From Eledone cirrhosa (lineage: Eukaryota), in contig OZ024741.1 of assembly GCA_964016885.1 (NCBI GenBank), forward strand, positions 3,906,001 through 3,970,000: a stretch of 64,000 nucleotides of DNA, in the 5' to 3' direction. The notes beneath the pieces were generated by a model. It ran no database searches. It saw only the letters and a list, made by a program, of their open reading frames with translations, and was not told the DNA's origin. The position numbers and the translations under genes were made by a program. Below are positions 61,301 to 64,000 of the stretch, piece by piece. Numbering within the stretch: the stretch's first letter is position 1; the number at the start of each line of letters is the position of its first letter.

Positions 61301-64000
61301 TGATACTGGTAGTTTGTTCCATGGAGGTTTTAAAGGATCCAGTGTCTCAACAGCTAACAACTGATGCAGGTAGTTTGTTCCATGGAGGTTTTAAAGGATG
61401 CAGTGTCTCGACAGCTAACAACTGATGCAGGTAGTTTGTTCCATGGAGGTTTTAAAGGATCCAGTGTCTCGACAGCTAACAACTGATGCTGGTAGTTTGT
61501 TCCATGGAGGATTTAAAGGATCCAGTGTCTCAACAGCTAACAACTGATGCAGTTAGTTTGTTCCATGGATGTTTTAAAGGATTCAGTGTCTCGACAGCTA
61601 ACAACTGATGCTGGTAGTTTGTTCCACGGATGTTTTAAAGGATTCAGTGTCTCAACAGCTAACAACTGATGGAGGAAGTTTGTTCCATGGAGGTTTTAAA
61701 GGATGCAGTGTCTCGCCAGCTAACAACTGATGGAGGAAGTTTGTTCTATGGAGGTTTTAAAGGATGCAGTGTCTCGACAGCTAACAACTGATGCTGGTAG
61801 TTTGTTCTATGGAGGTTTTAAAGGATGCAGTGTCTCGACAGCTAACAACTGATGCTGGTAGTTTGTTCCATGGAGGTTTTAAAGGATGCAGTGTCTCGAC
61901 AGCTAACAACTGATGCTGGTAGTTTGATCCATGGAGGTTTGAAAGGATGCAGTCTCTCGTCAGCTAACAACTGGTGCAGCTAGTTTGATTCATGGAGGTT
62001 TTAAAGGATGCAGTGTCTCGTCAGCTAACAACTGGTGCAGGTAGTTTGATCCATGGAGGTTTTAAAGGATGCAGTGTCTCGACAGCTAACAACTGATGCA
62101 GGTAGTTTGTTACATGGGGGTTTTAAAGGATGCAGTGTCTCGACAGCTAACAACTGATGCAGGTAGTTTGTTCCATAGAGGTTTTAAAGGATGCAGTGTC
62201 TCGACAGCTAACAACTGGTGCAGGTAGATTGTTCCATGGAGATTTTAATGGATCCAGTGTCTCGACAGCTAAAAACTGGTGCAGGTAGTTTGATCCATGG
62301 AGGTTTTAAAGGATCCAGTGTCTCGACAGCTAACAACTGATGCAGGTAGTTTATTCCATGGAGGTTTTAAAGGATGCAGTGTCTCGACAGCTAACAACTG
62401 ATGCCGGTAGTTTATTCCATGGAGGTTTTAAAGGATCCAGTGTCTCCACAGCTAACAACTGATGCAGGTAGTTTGTTCCATAGAGGTTTTAAAGGATGCA
62501 GTGTCTCGACAGCTAACAACTGGTGCAGGTTGTTTGTTCCATGGAGGTTTTAAAGGATGCAGTGTCTCGACAGCTAACAACTGATGCAGGTAGTTTGTTC
62601 CATAGAGGTTTTAAAGGATGCAGTGTCTCGACAGCTAACAACTGATGCAGGTAGTTTGTTCCATGGAGGTTTTAAAGGATGCAGTGTCTCGACAGCTAAC
62701 AACTGATGCAGGTAGTTTGTTCCATAGAGGTTTTAAAGGATGCAGTGTCTCGACAGCTAACAACTGATGCAGGTAGTTTGTTCGATAGACGTTTTAAAGG
62801 ATGCAGTGTCTCGACAGATAACAACTGATGCAGGTAGTTTGTTCCATGGATGTTCTAAAGGATGCAGTGTCTCGACAGCTAACAACTGATGCTGGTAGTT
62901 TGTTCCATGGAGGTTTTAAAGGATGCAGTGTCTCGTCAGCTAAAAACTGGTGCAGGTAGTTTGTTCCATGGAGGTTTTAAAGGATCCAGTGTTTCGACAG
63001 CTAACAACTGATGCAGATAGTTTGTTCCATGGAGGTTTTAAAGGATCCAGTGTCTCGACAGCTAACAACTGATGCCGGTAGTTTATTCCATGGAGGTTTT
63101 AAAGGATGCAGTGTCTCGACAGCTAACAACTGATGCAGGTAGTTTATTCCATGGAGGTTTTAAAGGATGCAGTGTCTCGACAGCTAACAACTGATGCAGG
63201 TAGTTTGTTCCATGGAGGTTTTAAAGGATGCAGTGTCTCGTCAGCTAAAAACTGGTGCAGGTAGTTTGATCCATGGAGGTTTTAAAGGATCCAGTGTCTC
63301 GACAGCTAACAACTGATTCAGGTAGTTTGTTCCATGGAGGTTTTAAAGGATGCGGTGTCTCGACAGCTAACAAAAGATGCAGGTAGTTTGTTCCATAGAG
63401 GTTTTAAAGGATGCAGTTTCTCGACAGCTAACAACTGATGCAGGTAGTTTGTTCCATGGAGGTTTTAAAGGATGCAGTGTCTCGTCAGCTAAAAACTGGT
63501 GCAGGTAGTTTGATCCATGGAGGTTTTAAAGGATCCAGTGTCTCGACAGCTAACAACTGATGCCGGTAGTTTATTCCATGGAGGTTTTAATGGATCCAGT
63601 GTCTCGACAGCTAACAACTGATGCTGGTAGTTTATTCCATGGATGGAGGCTTTAAAGGATGCAGTGGCTCGTCAGCTATCAACTGGTGCAGGTAGTTAGA
63701 TCCAAGTAGGTTTTAAAGGATGCAGTGTCTCGACAGCTAACAAGTGATGCTGGTAGTTTGTTCCATGGAGGTTTTAAAGGATGCAGTGTCTCGACAGCTA
63801 ACAAAAGATGCAGGTAGTTTGTTCCATAGAGGTTTTAAAGGATGCAGTGTCTCGACAGCTAACAACTGGTGCAGGTAGATTGTTCCATGGAGATTTTAAT
63901 GGATCCAGTTTCTCGACAGCTAACAACTGATGCTGGTAGTTTGTTCCATGGAGGTTTTAAAGGATCCAGTGTCTCAACAGCTAACAACTGATGCAGGTAG
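49380..64000. repeat. 61-bp satellite tandem array, right segment (~240 monomers; continues beyond window end)
   Basis: Same monomer and orientation. It resumes in exact register (GATG|CAGTGTCGCGACAG) after the insertion. Confidence 0.99.
54030..57570. repeat. Higher-order tandem duplication, 29 monomers x2 (boundaries approximate)
   Basis: Offset 1769 = 29x61 for TCCATTGTCTCAAC 54201/55970 and CGACCGC 55251/57020. Confidence 0.9.

Noticed and set aside
1-64000. CRISPR array or other repeat-spacer system
   Set aside because: There are no unique spacers. The whole 61-bp unit is repeated with only point variants, there are no cas genes, and the context (LTR element) is eukaryotic.

Overview
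Eukaryotic satellite DNA. About 97% of the window is one head-to-tail, single-orientation array of a 61-bp monomer (consensus AAGGATGCAGTGTCTCGACAGCTAACAACTGATGCAGGTAGTTTGTTCCATGGAGGTTTTA). There are roughly 1,015 copies by length/61, with nested higher-order duplications (22-, 25-, 28-, 29-, 42-, 43/44-, 56-, 63/64- and 74-monomer offsets) and regional variant domains. The array is interrupted once, at 47283-49379, by a 2,097-bp non-autonomous LTR retrotransposon. It has near-identical 366/368-bp LTRs (TGTAGCG...CGCTATA), a 4-bp GATG target-site duplication, a tRNA-Trp primer-binding site and a polypurine tract, but no recognisable gag/pol. The most unusual signal is the PBS region. Complementarity to tRNA-Trp runs about 32 nt instead of 18, with a mismatch exactly opposite tRNA position 58 (m1A), and it is followed by a second LTR-end+PBS junction. 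This looks like a fossil of reverse transcriptase reading through m1A58 and then mis-transferring. No convincing protein-coding gene was found, and the host species cannot be determined from the sequence. tRNA and clade comparisons are from recalled sequences and literature, not from searches.
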